A stretch of 64,000 bases of DNA from Gracilinanus agilis (taxonomy: Eukaryota): contig NC_058131.1 in NCBI RefSeq assembly GCF_016433145.1, forward strand, positions 35,793,650 to 35,857,649. The letters are read 5' to 3'. The notes under the pieces are model-generated. The model made no database searches and had not been told where the DNA came from. It saw only the letters and a list, made by a program, of their open reading frames with translations. The position numbers and the translations under genes were made by a program. Positions 11,129 to 38,807 of the stretch are shown here, piece by piece; the first letter of the stretch is position 1, and each line of letters starts with the position of its first letter.

Positions 11129-11255
11129 CATTATTATGCCATTATTAGTCCTCCCTGAACACCCCATTTCAATTGAAACTAGAAGAATCAAAGAGAGAGT
11201 CCCAGAGTCCCTATTACACAGCGAGGTTGCATTCAGGGCTATCATTAGGGACCAG

Positions 11256-11314
11256 AGCAGCGGGTCTGGGACACATTTAATTCTCACAATTGGCTGTGTG
11301 AGACCTGATGTTGC
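11256..11314 (+). pseudogene. Isolated V framework-3 relic
   Basis: agcagcgggtctgggacacatttaattctcacaattggctgtgtg translates SSGSGTHLILTIGCV, aligning with [14 protein letters not shown]. Confidence 0.5.
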
Positions 11315-13199
11315 TTCCAGTTTCCATGATCATGACTTCAGGTGAGGACAGACTCTGAATGAAGACCCCCCACTTTGGGGATTCTTTACCCCTTGGGGTC
11401 AGGAAAGAATTGCTTCCTCCAAAGGCACCAGGACAGAACACCAGAGTTTCCTTTGGCCAGTAGCCTTGGGCCTAGAGTTAGACTTAATTAATGCTCCTCA
11501 ATAGCATTTGGCTCCTCATGATTTACTTCCAAATCTGACTTAGCTGTTGGAAGAGTCCTCATCTCATCTGGGAAGAACTCTCAGAGGCTCTATGCTGGGC
11601 CGATTTGCTCACTCAACTCTGGAGGGACTCAATGTTAAGTCAGTTGTCTTGGGTCATTAGGTACTTCCTAGCTACTACTTTCCATGATAACTAGATGGAT
11701 AACTAAACAGAGCAAATTGTTCCCCTTCTCATCTTCTTTTGAAGTTTAAAGCAATTCTAGTTAGATTTTCAAAAATATATTTTATGATCATTTTAAAGAT
11801 AAATTCTGTTTTTGTCCACAAATGTGGTTTAATTAGAGTAAATGGGTAGCCTATCTTCTGTTCTCTCACAATGTAAAATTAGAGCTTGATTTATTGTTTT
11901 ATTGATTGTCTACACTTAAGAAACTGATGGAGAAAATATTTAAAATGGAGATTCGATTTTAAATTGTATCATTACAAATACATTTTCTTTTCAGAGAGTT
12001 ATTTGTGAAACATTTACCAGTTTAGACCTGAGAGAGTGAGAGTGAGGAGGGAAGAATGAGACCAAGGTTTCAAAACTTTATTTCAAAAGACTGCAGAGAG
12101 TGGTAGTGGGGTAAAATCTTGCTTCCAAGTAAGATAAAGCAAAGAAAGGATTCACCTATTCAAGCCAGGCTGTGGGATGGGGCCAGGAGTAGAATCCAAG
12201 TTTCTGATGGACTGGAGAGGGTCATAATGGGACCATCGTGAGGAGACCTCAGGAGGATGTATATTGACCACCAGAGACAAAAAAAGTATAGGATGTGTCT
12301 TTTTATTTTTTAAGGTTTGTGTTTAATTTAGGAAAAGTAGTAACATCAACAATGTTCAACATAAATTTAACCTACAACTGAAAAGTAAAGGAAGACAAAG
12401 AATATGGAGCCATTTGCAAGAATTAGGCTTGTCATTAAGGTACATTATAATCTGGCTATTTGGAAGTTTATCTTCTAAAAATTTAAATAATGGTTAGGTA
12501 GCTTCTCTCCCTCAGTTTCCAACACATTTACAGCGCTTTGGTATTTTGGGGATTGTGATGTTCTTTTCAGAATAATAGTCATACCCTTGAACCCAATTTC
12601 TTGGTTCTCCCCAAAGCCGGGAGCCCCTCCCCTCCTCCCACGTGGTGGGACTCGAGCTGGGCGTGGCTGGCTGGGTCCAGAAAGGACTTGGGGCTGGAGC
12701 GGAGCCAGACAAGAAGCTTAGGGGTGCGGATTTCATTGCGGGATACCCTGTGGCTGCTCTGGTCTGACAGGGTTCAGCCTCCTCCTTCCTCTTCTTGGTC
12801 TTCTTAACTGCTAAAACGTCCTGCCTGGAGGGGTCCCAGCTCCTCCTCCCCCGCCCCTTGGGCAACCTCTGCTTCGGGCACCCCAAGTGCGCTCTATTTT
12901 GGTGTTGGGGTTAAATTAGGAGTTTGACAAAGGTAGGAGAGCAGTTTAACACATTTTTTTAATTGAGAAAAATCAGTAGAGACGGAAAGATAGGAAAGAG
13001 ATTTAACTGTCTATCTTAGCACTACCTAAATCCAACCTAAAACTTCTTCTATCAACCTATAAGCTGGCTAAAAACTGTCCTTTGAGAGAGGCTCACTAAT
13101 AGCTCTTCAGCCTGGCTAAGCGGGCCGGACCTACACTATTGGTCCCTCTAGGGTCTAACTAGCTCCCTAAACAAGGGCAGCCGCCCACCCACACGCTCT

Positions 13200-13560
13200 C
13201 CTTCCACAGGATTCTCCAGCAGCAGCAGCAGCCACCACCTACCCTCAGGAAACCTTAGAGGGAGAGGGCGCCCTGCCCCCACTTCCTGCTTGCCTTTATC
13301 TCCCCCCATCCTGCTGCCCTTCTTATGTCACTTCCTGTCTGAGAGCAGTTTCTGTTTCCTTTTCCTGTGGGCTGGTCTCCAGGGTAACAGAACCTCCTCT
13401 TTTGGGCCTGGTTCTCTGTCCACTGTGCTGGCTCTTTCCCCAGTTAAGGTAGAGCGAGGGCGGGATAAAGAATTCCCTTTTACACTGGCTAAACAGGCCA
13501 TAATGACCAGAGAGAGGGCAGAGTGAAGAGTTCAGGAGGGCTCCCTGGAGGAGGTGAGAC
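13200..13560 (+). promoter_or_regulatory. Candidate promoter/non-coding first exon of the KRAB-ZNF gene
   Basis: GC-rich, with two ETS-type CACTTCCTG motifs (13280, 13329) and a donor GAG|gtgaga at 13553/4. A second strong donor AAG|gtaagt is at 13973/4. Confidence 0.4.
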
Positions 13561-14554
13561 TGTCCTTTGGACTGTAGGGAAGCTGGGGAGGGCAGTGGTC
13601 CGAGCTGGGGAGGAAGAGCCTGTCAGCTGCCCTGGGGGACAGCCAGAGAAGGTGCTCCTGGCCAGGAGCTGGAGGTGCCGTTAATGGGCCCCCAGGAGGC
13701 TGGTGTGGCCCAGGGCAGAGGGTGTGGCAGGAAGGAGGGGGATGGGGTCGTTAGAGCTGAGAGTGCCAAAGTGCATGATGGGAGTTTGGACGGGGGGCGG
13801 AGCCTGGGCCAGAGGAAAGTCACCTCAGGGGCTGAATGGAGGCTGGCTGGAAGGGGAAGAGAGGCCAGGAGGCAGCAGAGCACCAGGAGGGCCCTGCAGT
13901 CAGGGATGGGGGGCTGAGGGGAGGAGGAGGGCCTTCCCCACAGGGGAAGTTTCTACAATTTTCAACTGAGAAGGTAAGTCCAAATTTTTGTTTATCAAAA
14001 TCACTTAAAGCCCATTGTTAATCCTTTTAAGCCTGAGGCTAGCTAATAAAGGTTTTGCCCATATTCTGCTATAAAACGCCTTTAAAAATCCTTGAAAAGA
14101 CCACACTCTGACCCTAACCCCTAGCCAATAGCGCCATCTACTGGTAAAGAAAAGCAAAAATTACAATGAATCTAATAAGTAAATTAATACCAGTTAACAT
14201 GGATTTTTACCAACATAACTTGAGTTGGAAATACGTTGTCTTTTCTCCGTTTAAAATGACTCATATGTTCAGAGGACATTTCACAGTATCTCTATATAGC
14301 CAGTGAAATAAGTTTGATACTATATATATATTCCACCTGAAAAAGAAACAAGAAGATCCTTTGTTTGCACTCAGAGCTGAATTAAAAGCTCAAAATGAAA
14401 GTATGGAGAATAGTTTGTGGGAGATAAAAACTTTTATGAAAAACATTAGAAGAAAATTAAAGATCCTCCAGAATAAATCTCTCCATACTTCCTCATTATT
14501 GAAGCTGATTCAATCTCTGTCCCATCTTGACCTACACAAACTCATTCCTCCTAT

Positions 14555-14890
14555 TTAACCCACCCCCTCCCCTGCCCCCATCCTTTCTCCTCTGCCCCAG
14601 TCCCTTTCCCCCCTCTTCAACCTATCCCTTCCCTGCCCCTACCTCTGCCCCAGTCCCTCCCCACTGCCCAACACATCCCTCCCCCTCCTCCACCTCTTAT
14701 CTCCCTGCCCCTCCTATCTCAGCCTTCCCTCACCCTGTCCTCACCTCTTATCCCTCTTTCCCTCCGGCCCCAGCCCCCCCCCTCCATTACCCAATTCATC
14801 ATCCTCCCTGCCCCTCCCTCTAATACCTCTGCCTTTCCCTGCCCAGAACCCTTCCCTCTCAGTTTACCAACTCCTCCCCCTCCCCACCCC
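14555..14890. repeat. C-rich polypyrimidine low-complexity tract
   Basis: Repeated ccctgcccc/ccctcccc units. Confidence 0.85.
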
Positions 14891-15038
14891 AGTGAAAACC
14901 AACCATTGAGAAAAAATGATCCAGGTGGGAGGCAGGAGTCTGAGTAGGGAGGAAAGGCAGGGAAAGATGGAGGAGCTTCCCCAGAGGGACTCACTGAGGC
15001 TACTTTGCTGCCTCTACAGGGAGCCTGGAATCCCCGGG

Positions 15039-30043
<15,005 letters not shown>

Positions 30044-31957
30044 GAAGACAAGCTATATTGAAAGATGTTCACATGCAGCTCTAGTTTCGCTATTGTATGA
30101 ATTAAATTTACCCTCTCCCCCTTCTGAGGCAGCATACCTGGTGTGAGCCTAAACTTGACTCAGAGTTGAGGATTGCACGATGGAAACTATTGAGTGGGAA
30201 TAGAATGGCAGCAGAAAAAAAGGCAGCAATAGAGTTGAGAGATCACAAGATGAGGGCAAAGTGATGTCTCCTGCATTGCCCCCTGGATTGCCCCCCTGGG
30301 CTACCCAGGCAAAATAGAAAGCCACAGTTGGCACCTGAGATGAGGTTTGTGAGACTTAGTGGGTGGAGAAAAGGTTTGATAAACTGAGGCAAGTACGGAT
30401 ATCCAAGCTCTTCTCTTTCAGTTTTGTTGCTGGTTGGACTTCCTGTGACCATAGCTAGAGCACCCTAATGGTCACAGAAGAGCAAGCTAAGTGGAGCAGT
30501 GAGGAAAGTATCTCTCTCCTATTGTTCCATTTCCCCCTACTACCGTAGAATGAATAAAATTAGTTTATGGCCAATCTCATAATTTTCCCTCTTATACTAT
30601 ACTTCACAGAAACCTCAGACATTCACACTGAACTTTCACCTTGCTCAAAATTAGACAATTCACTCTATGTAATAAGCTCTCCTAAGATTAGGTCCAAATG
30701 GGCATAGGATTTAGACCTAAAGTGTGATCCCATAAACAAATTAAGGGAGAGTAAAATAGTTTACCTTTCAGATCAATTTATTGATAAGGGAAGACTTTAT
30801 GACCAAATAAGAAATAGATAGCATTATGAAGTGTAATATAGGCAATTTTTATTATATTAACTTCAAAACTGTTTGTACAAACAAAACTATTGCAACCAAG
30901 ATTAAAAGTAGAAACAAGAATTTATCATTTGTTTTACAACAATATGTCCAATTAAATGCTTCATTTAAAAAATTCTAACCCTATTTTTGAATGCCTTAAT
31001 TTATCAATACATGGCATCTAGATATAAAGAGGAGTATAGAAAATAAAATTATTGACATTCCAATGAGTTAAATTCACTGGAATGCATTATCAGAATAATT
31101 ATCTTACACGGAAAATCGCCACGCAACTATTACCTTGACACTGTGGACTGATTGAACTTAGAGGCCAGTGTAACATAACTGATACAATACATTTAGTTCT
31201 ACAATTTCTAAATTTATCATTTACATATTAAATCTTAAGCCTATTTTTCATTAAGGTGTGAGCTACATATGTGGTGAAAATTTATCACACCAGTATATAA
31301 CTCCAAGCTAAATAGGTTTGTTGGGAGGAGCCCAGATTCCCAATAAATCTAGAAACTGGTCAAATCAAGTGGAGAGACCCTGAGCATTAGGAGATAGCCT
31401 TTTTTATGCTAAGAAATATGATGCAGTGACAGAAAAATACAGTCACAATGAAAATATAATGGATGCAAAATTGTTCTTATGGGCATCTTCTTAATGACAC
31501 AAGAGCTGATTAATCTGGTAAGTATAAAAAAAGGTCGCTATGATAGTAACTTTGCAGTACTCAGGGTCTTGGTGTTTTCACAGATGATTATGGTGTAATA
31601 ATAGGAGTTTTGATTAACTGATATGTGAAAACAAGTGTAGCCCTCCACCTCCTGTGTGACTTGTCTTTTTCTACAAAGAAGACCATCCTTCCTCTTTTTG
31701 TCTGACCATCTTGTTATACAACCAAGAGGGGTGTGGAAGGATTTATGGAATCTTCTTGGTTACAGGCTTAAGGTCAGGATGTAAACAAAATTTGATAGTA
31801 CCCCAATCTGTAATTACCTTAGCTAATGTTTATAATTTTTGTAAAGTAAACTGTCATTTGACTATGAACTCAAAACTAATGATTGTGTTATAAAAGTAAT
31901 CATAAAGGCTAATAAAAATAAAAATAAAAGGGAATAGGGCGTTTCACACATATAAGA

Positions 31958-32646
31958 TGTAGTGAAATTAGGGAAAATGGAAGTGGCAGGCAGAGAGAAA
32001 GGATTCCAGAATTTGGGTCAGTGACTGGCTGGTGTGGCAATTAGTCCCTAGACTCTCACTCTGGAGGTACTGGCTTGATATCTCTCATTGGATACCCTGC
32101 CTAGGTGGATCATCTATCAAGATTTCACTGGCCAGGAAGAGGTTAAATTTTGGTGAAACACACTGGTTAATGATGTGGTCAAGAGCCTTACTCCCTCTCC
32201 TTTGGATTTAAGTACTGAGACCCTACTGGATTCCTGACAGAGCCTGAAGGACAACAACCATGAGATCTCCCTACCACCAGCAGACCTGTTTGCCTTCCAG
32301 CTTTCCCTTATTCTTAAAAACCATCAAAGGGGAAAATTCTGGATAGGATAGAGTGAGGTAGCTGGGTAAAGTTAGGTAGAGATCATTATAGAAATCTGTT
32401 GGACCTTGGTGGGAGGGAATTCATTTCTACCCAGATAGTTCATTCCATTTCCTTCCCTTCCCTGCCCCAGTTAACTAATAAAGCCCTATTATTACCTTAT
32501 AAGTATCCTTGAATCCTTTCCCAGATCTATAAGATTTTAAGTTACTGGCCCAAGGACTATGAAGAACCTAGAAATCATTTAATATTGTTCGATCTTTATA
32601 TCAACAACCTAATAATTATTTAATCCACCCACATTTTATTTTTTCA
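31958..32646 (+). mobile_element. Solo LTR
   Basis: TGTAGTG..TTTTCA termini, AATAAA near 32477, near-TSD AAGA/AAGG. Confidence 0.55.
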
Positions 32647-35049
32647 AAGGTCAAATATAATCATCCTAATAGGAAAACAGATGGGAATTGAGTGCTACCA
32701 CATAATTTATATTAAGACCATTCCATCAAATCTAGATTCATCCTTATAAATGGTACCCTACAGAATCTTTTCTCGAGACATTTGCTGTCAGCACCTCAAA
32801 TGATAAAGACCTCTACTTTCAGATTAGTCTGCTGCCCAGGGTTTATGGATATCTACCTGTTCAGTAGGAGGGTCTTATTCTTGGACATGAAAAAGGGAAA
32901 GAAGAAGGTCTTGAAGAGATGGGGAAAGTAGAGGCACAGAGATCAGCATGGGAGAGACCCAGGTAAAATTCAAGCCCTGGGGCAGAATTGAAGGCCTGAG
33001 GAAGAACTGGATCTAGGGACTCTCAGAAGGAAAGTGCTAAGAGTTTTAGGGACAAAGAAACTTCTCAGAAAGTGAGATGCTACCTGAGAAGACTGAATCC
33101 AAGAGGTCGATGTGAGCATGGAGGATATATTCGAAGCAGTGGAGACAATCAAGGGAAAGGCAGAGTTTCAAGATGGAGGTTCTTGACCAAAAATCATCCA
33201 GGAGGCCAGTATCACTGGGTCAGAGACTGAGTACAGAGGAGTTCTTGTTGCAGTAACACTCAAGTTTGTAGAGGAATCTCAGCCCAAGAATGGGAGGATC
33301 AAATTCCATTCAATTTATAAGAAAAGAATTGTATTTGAAGAAGTTTATGGTTGTATAATAACTGATGGAATAGTCTGGAGGCTAATCAGGTGGCCTTAGG
33401 GCTGATGGACAAGTCTAGGAGATAGAAGGGTAGCCTTTTTGTAGCTGATTGTATAGAGTAGCAGTTCTTTTGTACAGTGGTAGCTTCATGTATGGAGTAG
33501 CAGCCACAACTGTAGAATAGCAGCTTCCCAGCTCTGTGGATTAGAGTTGGCATATTTATTAGGGCCAAGGAGGTTGTCATCTCCCATTCTAGATAAATCT
33601 TCACCTTTCCTGAAAGCCCTGGTAGGGGACATTACCAAATTCAGGTGCAGGAGTGTTTTAGCATGTGATGTCATAGGGAATAAGAAGCATGTGTAAATTT
33701 GGGGGATTCCTCTGGATTTCCAGAGTCCCCAGTAGGCAGGCCCCTTGTTCTGCACTGTCCACCTTGTTATCATTGGTCAATATGGGAGAGTTCTCCCTGA
33801 CCTTCTGGAATGAGAACATGGTAATGGGGGATATGGCACACTGGAGGACCACTATAGGTAGATAATGATGTTATAGTTTTATGAACAATATGAGAGTTTT
33901 TACTTCATAAAACCAATTAGGCACAAAACTGATGCATAGTATGGAATATTACAGATCCCATACAGAGTTGGTAACAACTACCTGCCAATCATGTTTGACT
34001 AATGCTGAAACTACAGGTTTTGTAGTTGATGTTTAACCAGTTTTAACTACTGAGAAATGCCTGATTTTGGAGTCTGAGGGTTCCTTTCCTCACTACCCTT
34101 CAGTGGCTGCTATCAGCCCACATCAGAGTGAAGGATAAAAAGTCTGGAAAGGGGGTTGGGGAATTCCCTGTGATGAAGGGCAGGGCTTGGCAATTAGAGG
34201 CAGGCAGAATCTTGAAGTCCTGACCCAGGGTACCATTGGAGGAAAGGGCCCATCCTGGGGCTTCAGAGGCTGGGCATAGTGGGGCTCTCAGATCTGAGAA
34301 GACCCACCCAGAGTGGGCTGGATGTAAGGGAGACCCTTAGGAGCTGAGATCACTCTGTCTTTTGGAAACCAACTCTTCAGGTGCAGATCCCTCTTAAATC
34401 AGGGCCAAGAACCCCAAAGATACCAGACTTCTGCTGGCTTCCCTTTCCTTTGAGTCTTATTCTCCACTTCTTACTTCATGGTGAGCATCTTCTGAGGCAA
34501 TCTAGAACATGGCTCTCTCCTAGAACTCGTTATTGGCTATCCACACTCACATTTTCATCTCAAAAGTCATAGGGCACCATCCCCAATTTACCACTGAGTC
34601 ACACTTTCCTTTCACACATCTGCTATACCAGCTCAGGTGTCCTGTATCCCTACCTCCAGTTCTTGGTTAGAGGTTTGGTGATACTGCCTCCATCACAGGT
34701 CACTGTGAAATCAAAATTTCTGAAATGGGGCTGGGCCTGCCTCATTCTTTGGGTACTCAGTAGGAAAGCTCAGGTTTGGTATTCAGATGGTGGCAGCAAC
34801 CATTTTAATAAGACCCAGAGACAAGTAGTGAAAAGTGGAATGGGTAAAACTCCTTTGCTTATTTTATCAAATATTTTCTATAGTATTGGGATTATTTGGG
34901 TAAAAGGGGTGAAAAAGAGGATTTCACTGATAGAAAAGGGAAGAGACAGTTAAAATGGGGTAAATTATATCACCAGAAGAGGCATGAAAAAAGAAAGCTA
35001 TTACAGTGAAGGGGAGGATGAGGGTGGTGACAGTCAATGCTTATTCTGA

Positions 35050-35361
35050 GTTTGGATGATCCAGTCTCCAGCCTCCCAGTATGTGGCTCTGGACAAGAGA
35101 GTCACCCTTACCTGCAGGGCCAGTTGGGGCATTAGCAGTAATTTGGCCTGGTGCCAGCAGTCACCAGGAAAAACGTTCCAAGCCTATCTATGCTGCTACC
35201 TCTCTAGCATCAGGAGTTTGTGCCCACTTCAGTGGCAGTGGGTCTGGGACAGATTATACTCTCATTATTTGCAATGTGGAGGCTGAAGATGTTAAATATT
35301 ACTACTGTGGACAATCTGATGAGTTCTATCTCCCATAATAATGCACGCCTGAACCAAAACT
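35050..35361 (+). pseudogene. IGKV: Vkappa pseudogene psi-A (no recognisable leader, frameshift in FR2, decayed RSS)
   Basis: Two frames give [19 protein letters not shown] and [20 protein letters not shown]. The RSS remnant is cataata-12-accaaaact (35334-35361). Confidence 0.92.
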
Positions 35362-36239
35362 TCCCCAGGCTGTTGAACTCTTTAGCGTGGGGTAGCAGCT
35401 GCTTCCTCAGCAACACTTGAGGCAGAGACACCCACAGAGCTTTTCTGCCATCATCCATTTGACCAGAAGTGTCAAACATCAGACTTGCTCGAACCAGATC
35501 AAAATGTTACTGGGAAATATGTGTGGAAATAAATATAAATACAGTTAAAACAAACAATGGTAACTTGTGGTTCTCTGAATCCAGTGTGTAGGCAGCAAGG
35601 ATCCTTATGAATGATTTGGTGGTCTCTTTCCTATTTGAGTTTAAAATCATTGTAGTTGACTATTACTTTTGCCTAGAGAGATTCCCATTCTTTCTCAAAG
35701 GGATGAAGAAACTGTCCCAGTAATGCCTCCTGGTCATCCTTTCTGGGTCCAGGGAAATTAACAAGTGGTGGGAGGGACCCAGAGACAGAACTTAAGGTAT
35801 GAGCCTAAAGAGAGAAGCATATGAAGCCCATTCCTCTTCTCAAGGACAGACATTTACCCATAAGATATCTCTTTTTTAAGCTACTCAATTCTCAATCTAT
35901 CACCCTCCCTGCCAGGGTCCCAAGTATCTTAGTTTCCAGAGAGCCTGTCAAATAGGACCCAGGACTCTAGAGAAGACCACCTTATAGTGAGAGCAACAGG
36001 ACTGGTACTGAGGAGATCAGATCAGAGGACATATTTCCAGAAGAAAGGGATAACAGTGGGAAAGGCCAAATTGGGAAAGATCTGAACCAATAGATCAGTT
36101 GAAGGAACTGGCAATGGACTCTAGGCTATTTATTGGTTGTCTTAACAATTGGAACCTGGAATATCCCAGGTTGCAAATTTAAAATTCCTGGGATAAAAAA
36201 GTAATAGAGATTTTTTAAGCATTTGATTTTTATTTAATT

Positions 36240-37370
36240 AAATGAGGGCATTTCAGGGGAAAATGGAAAAGAAAAGAGCTGTGGGATAAAGAATTGGAAG
36301 AGAACTAGCAGCTAGCACGAAATAAGTAAAGCTTTACCTAAGCAAAAAATTCCCTGCAAATTAGAATGGATTAAATAAAAACAAATGATTCCATTAAACA
36401 ACAGAAAATATTCAAAAAAAGCCAAGAGATTGATGAAACAGAAGAAAATGTGAATTATCTCATAACATATTAACCACTAATTAATTAATTTATTGGTTAA
36501 TTAATTAACATGGAAAATAGATCAAGAAAAAATTAAGAACCAGTGGACTATCTGACCTCTATGACCAAAAAAGAAAAAAAAGTTTAACCATTCTGTTTTA
36601 AGAAACATACTTAAAAAAACTGCCCAGATGTCTTAGAATCATATGGAAAAGAAGAAATAAAAAGAATCCACTGATCACATCCTGATAGAAACCCCAAAAT
36701 GAAAATTTCCAGGAATATCATAGCCCAAATCTAGAGTTGCCAGTTCAAAGAAAAAAGACTGCAAACAAACAGAAAGAATTAAGTTATCAAGAAGCCACCA
36801 TAAAATGATTTCATGATTTCCACTATAAAGTTATGGAAAACTTGGAATTCCATATTCTAGAAGGCAAAATATTATGGGCACACAGCCAAGAATAACTTAA
36901 CCAGCAAAACTTGAACAAAATGCTAAAGAAGGAATAAAAATATATTTTAAATAAAATAAAGGCTTTTAAACACTCCTAATGAAAAGAAAAGATCTATTTA
37001 GAAACTTTGGGGTTCAAACATATAAATGAAGAGAAACATAAAAAAAGTGAAGAGGAATTAAAAAATGATGAAGGATTAGACAACAGACTAGCCCTTACCA
37101 ACTCTTCTGTTTACATTCAAATATAGGAAGATAATACCTATGTCCCCTCAGATCCTATCATACTCTGGGGTCAGAGAGGGAGTTTCCTTAAGACAAGGCC
37201 TAAGAGTGGTCTTAAGAAAAGAATGGAAAGAGAGAGAATGAAGAATACTCTTGGTGGAAGTGGAAAGGGAAAGGGAGATTGGAGAAAATTATGTAATGAA
37301 AGTACCCAAGTAGTCATCTCTGTAAGAAAGAAAAATATATCTGGGCCATGATTCTGAGCTGAAAAAAAGG
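36240..37370 (+). mobile_element. Ancient L1 ORF1/spacer relic
   Basis: Decayed RIH..RNIIA motifs. Its downstream part matches 3049-3480. Confidence 0.65.
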
Positions 37371-38807
37371 ATTTTACTTTGGGGGCAAATACAGTTCATG
37401 GTCCATCACACCCAGCCCATGGCAAAAGACCTCATTTATATTTTACAGTTTAACAGGTTTTTGACAGTGAAATAACATAAGTAATTAGCAAAATCAAATG
37501 TTCAGAATAAGTTACTAAAGCTTAGGAAATATTTGCTAAGAGTTAATAAATTCCAATAAAAGCTCCCATTAGCCCTTGTCCTTCTTGTGATTTAGTACCA
37601 GTTAAGAATTCTTATTTAGACGTCAGAAGGATTTACAAAGATCACGACCGCTTTTAAATATCTCAGCCTCTAGAATGTATGGTTCCCAGTATGTCACAAG
37701 CACCATCCATCACTGCGGTGTGAAAATAACAAAAACCATAAATATGGGAATGAATCTGATGAAGATACATTTTTCAGGCATCTCTAAATGATATTATAAA
37801 TAATACACTGACATAACCAGACTTCACTCCCTATACTGACGCTGAGAAGAAGACTAAAGATAAGCCAGAGATGTTGATCTTGGTCATATACTCTGAGGCC
37901 CAAAACTCATTGACTTTCACAAACCATATTCTCCCATACAAGGAAGGAACAAAAATAAGACAAGATCCTGATAAATTCAGAAAATCAAAGGGAATTAAAA
38001 ACCATTTCAAGGCTACTTGCCATCTTTAATTCCACAGAGAGTTTATCCTATTAAGATTCTAAATTCATATTGGGAGAGGAATTTAATGCTTATGTGTAGG
38101 ATTGTTTGGGTCATGATTGTTGGTTTTTTTCCCCCAACATAAGCACATCCTACTAACTGTCCTTTACATTCACTGTTAGCTGGAGAGTGTTCAGGAGCCA
38201 ATGACATATCATAGACAATGGCCCAGCCATAGTATGTTAGCAGTGTGTGTGTGGGTAAGACCTTGACCAGGAGGTGGAAGCACATACCCACTGTAGAACC
38301 ACCCTTCTAATATACTATTTTCTGCTTGTTACTTTGATAACTGTACACTAGAAACTAAAAATTTGCTCTTTCTTTTTTGGGTGACATAGAAAAAATGAGC
38401 TGCATGGCAAAAAAAGTAGGGTCATCAGGACTGATGTAAACAAAATAAGGAGAATAATTTATACAATAACAATAGCATTTTCCCATTCTATCACATTTCT
38501 ATTTTACTCCATATGTGGAAATATGCATTTTATTTGGTGGTACTATTTATTTCATTTTATATCCCTTCATTGGTCTTTTAGTAATTGTTCATGAAGACCA
38601 GACAGCAACTTCATGATTCTGGAAATGGGCCAAAGTATAATTTCACATCCTATTTTTATTTTCTCCAAATACACTTCTAAACTTTGTTTGTATGAAAAAT
38701 ATTATTTGTAGAAAACCTTGGAAATATTTAATGTGACTACAATAGTTAAAGGTTATGCTTGGAAACTGGAAATATCACAGAGAGATTTTCAGTTCTGTGT
38801 TTATCTC

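Larger units (their letters stand above)
3370..11130 (+). repeat. V duplication unit, copy A (paralogous to 55440-64000 and partly to 51385-54290)
   Basis: Collinear blocks: 3940-5500~55640-57200; 7700-8880~59760-60830; 8880-9560~61660-62370; 9570-11090~62480-64000. Confidence 0.92.

Noticed and set aside
12500-13200. CpG-rich, possibly LTR/ERV-derived segment upstream of the ZNF promoter
   Set aside because: No convincing termini, TSD or PBS could be fixed by eye; it needs a Dfam search.
33440-33530. Imperfect tagcag-containing repeats (CYSIHEAT/CYSIQSAT on the minus strand)
   Set aside because: Only 2-3 degenerate units, with no RSS or recognisable coding context.
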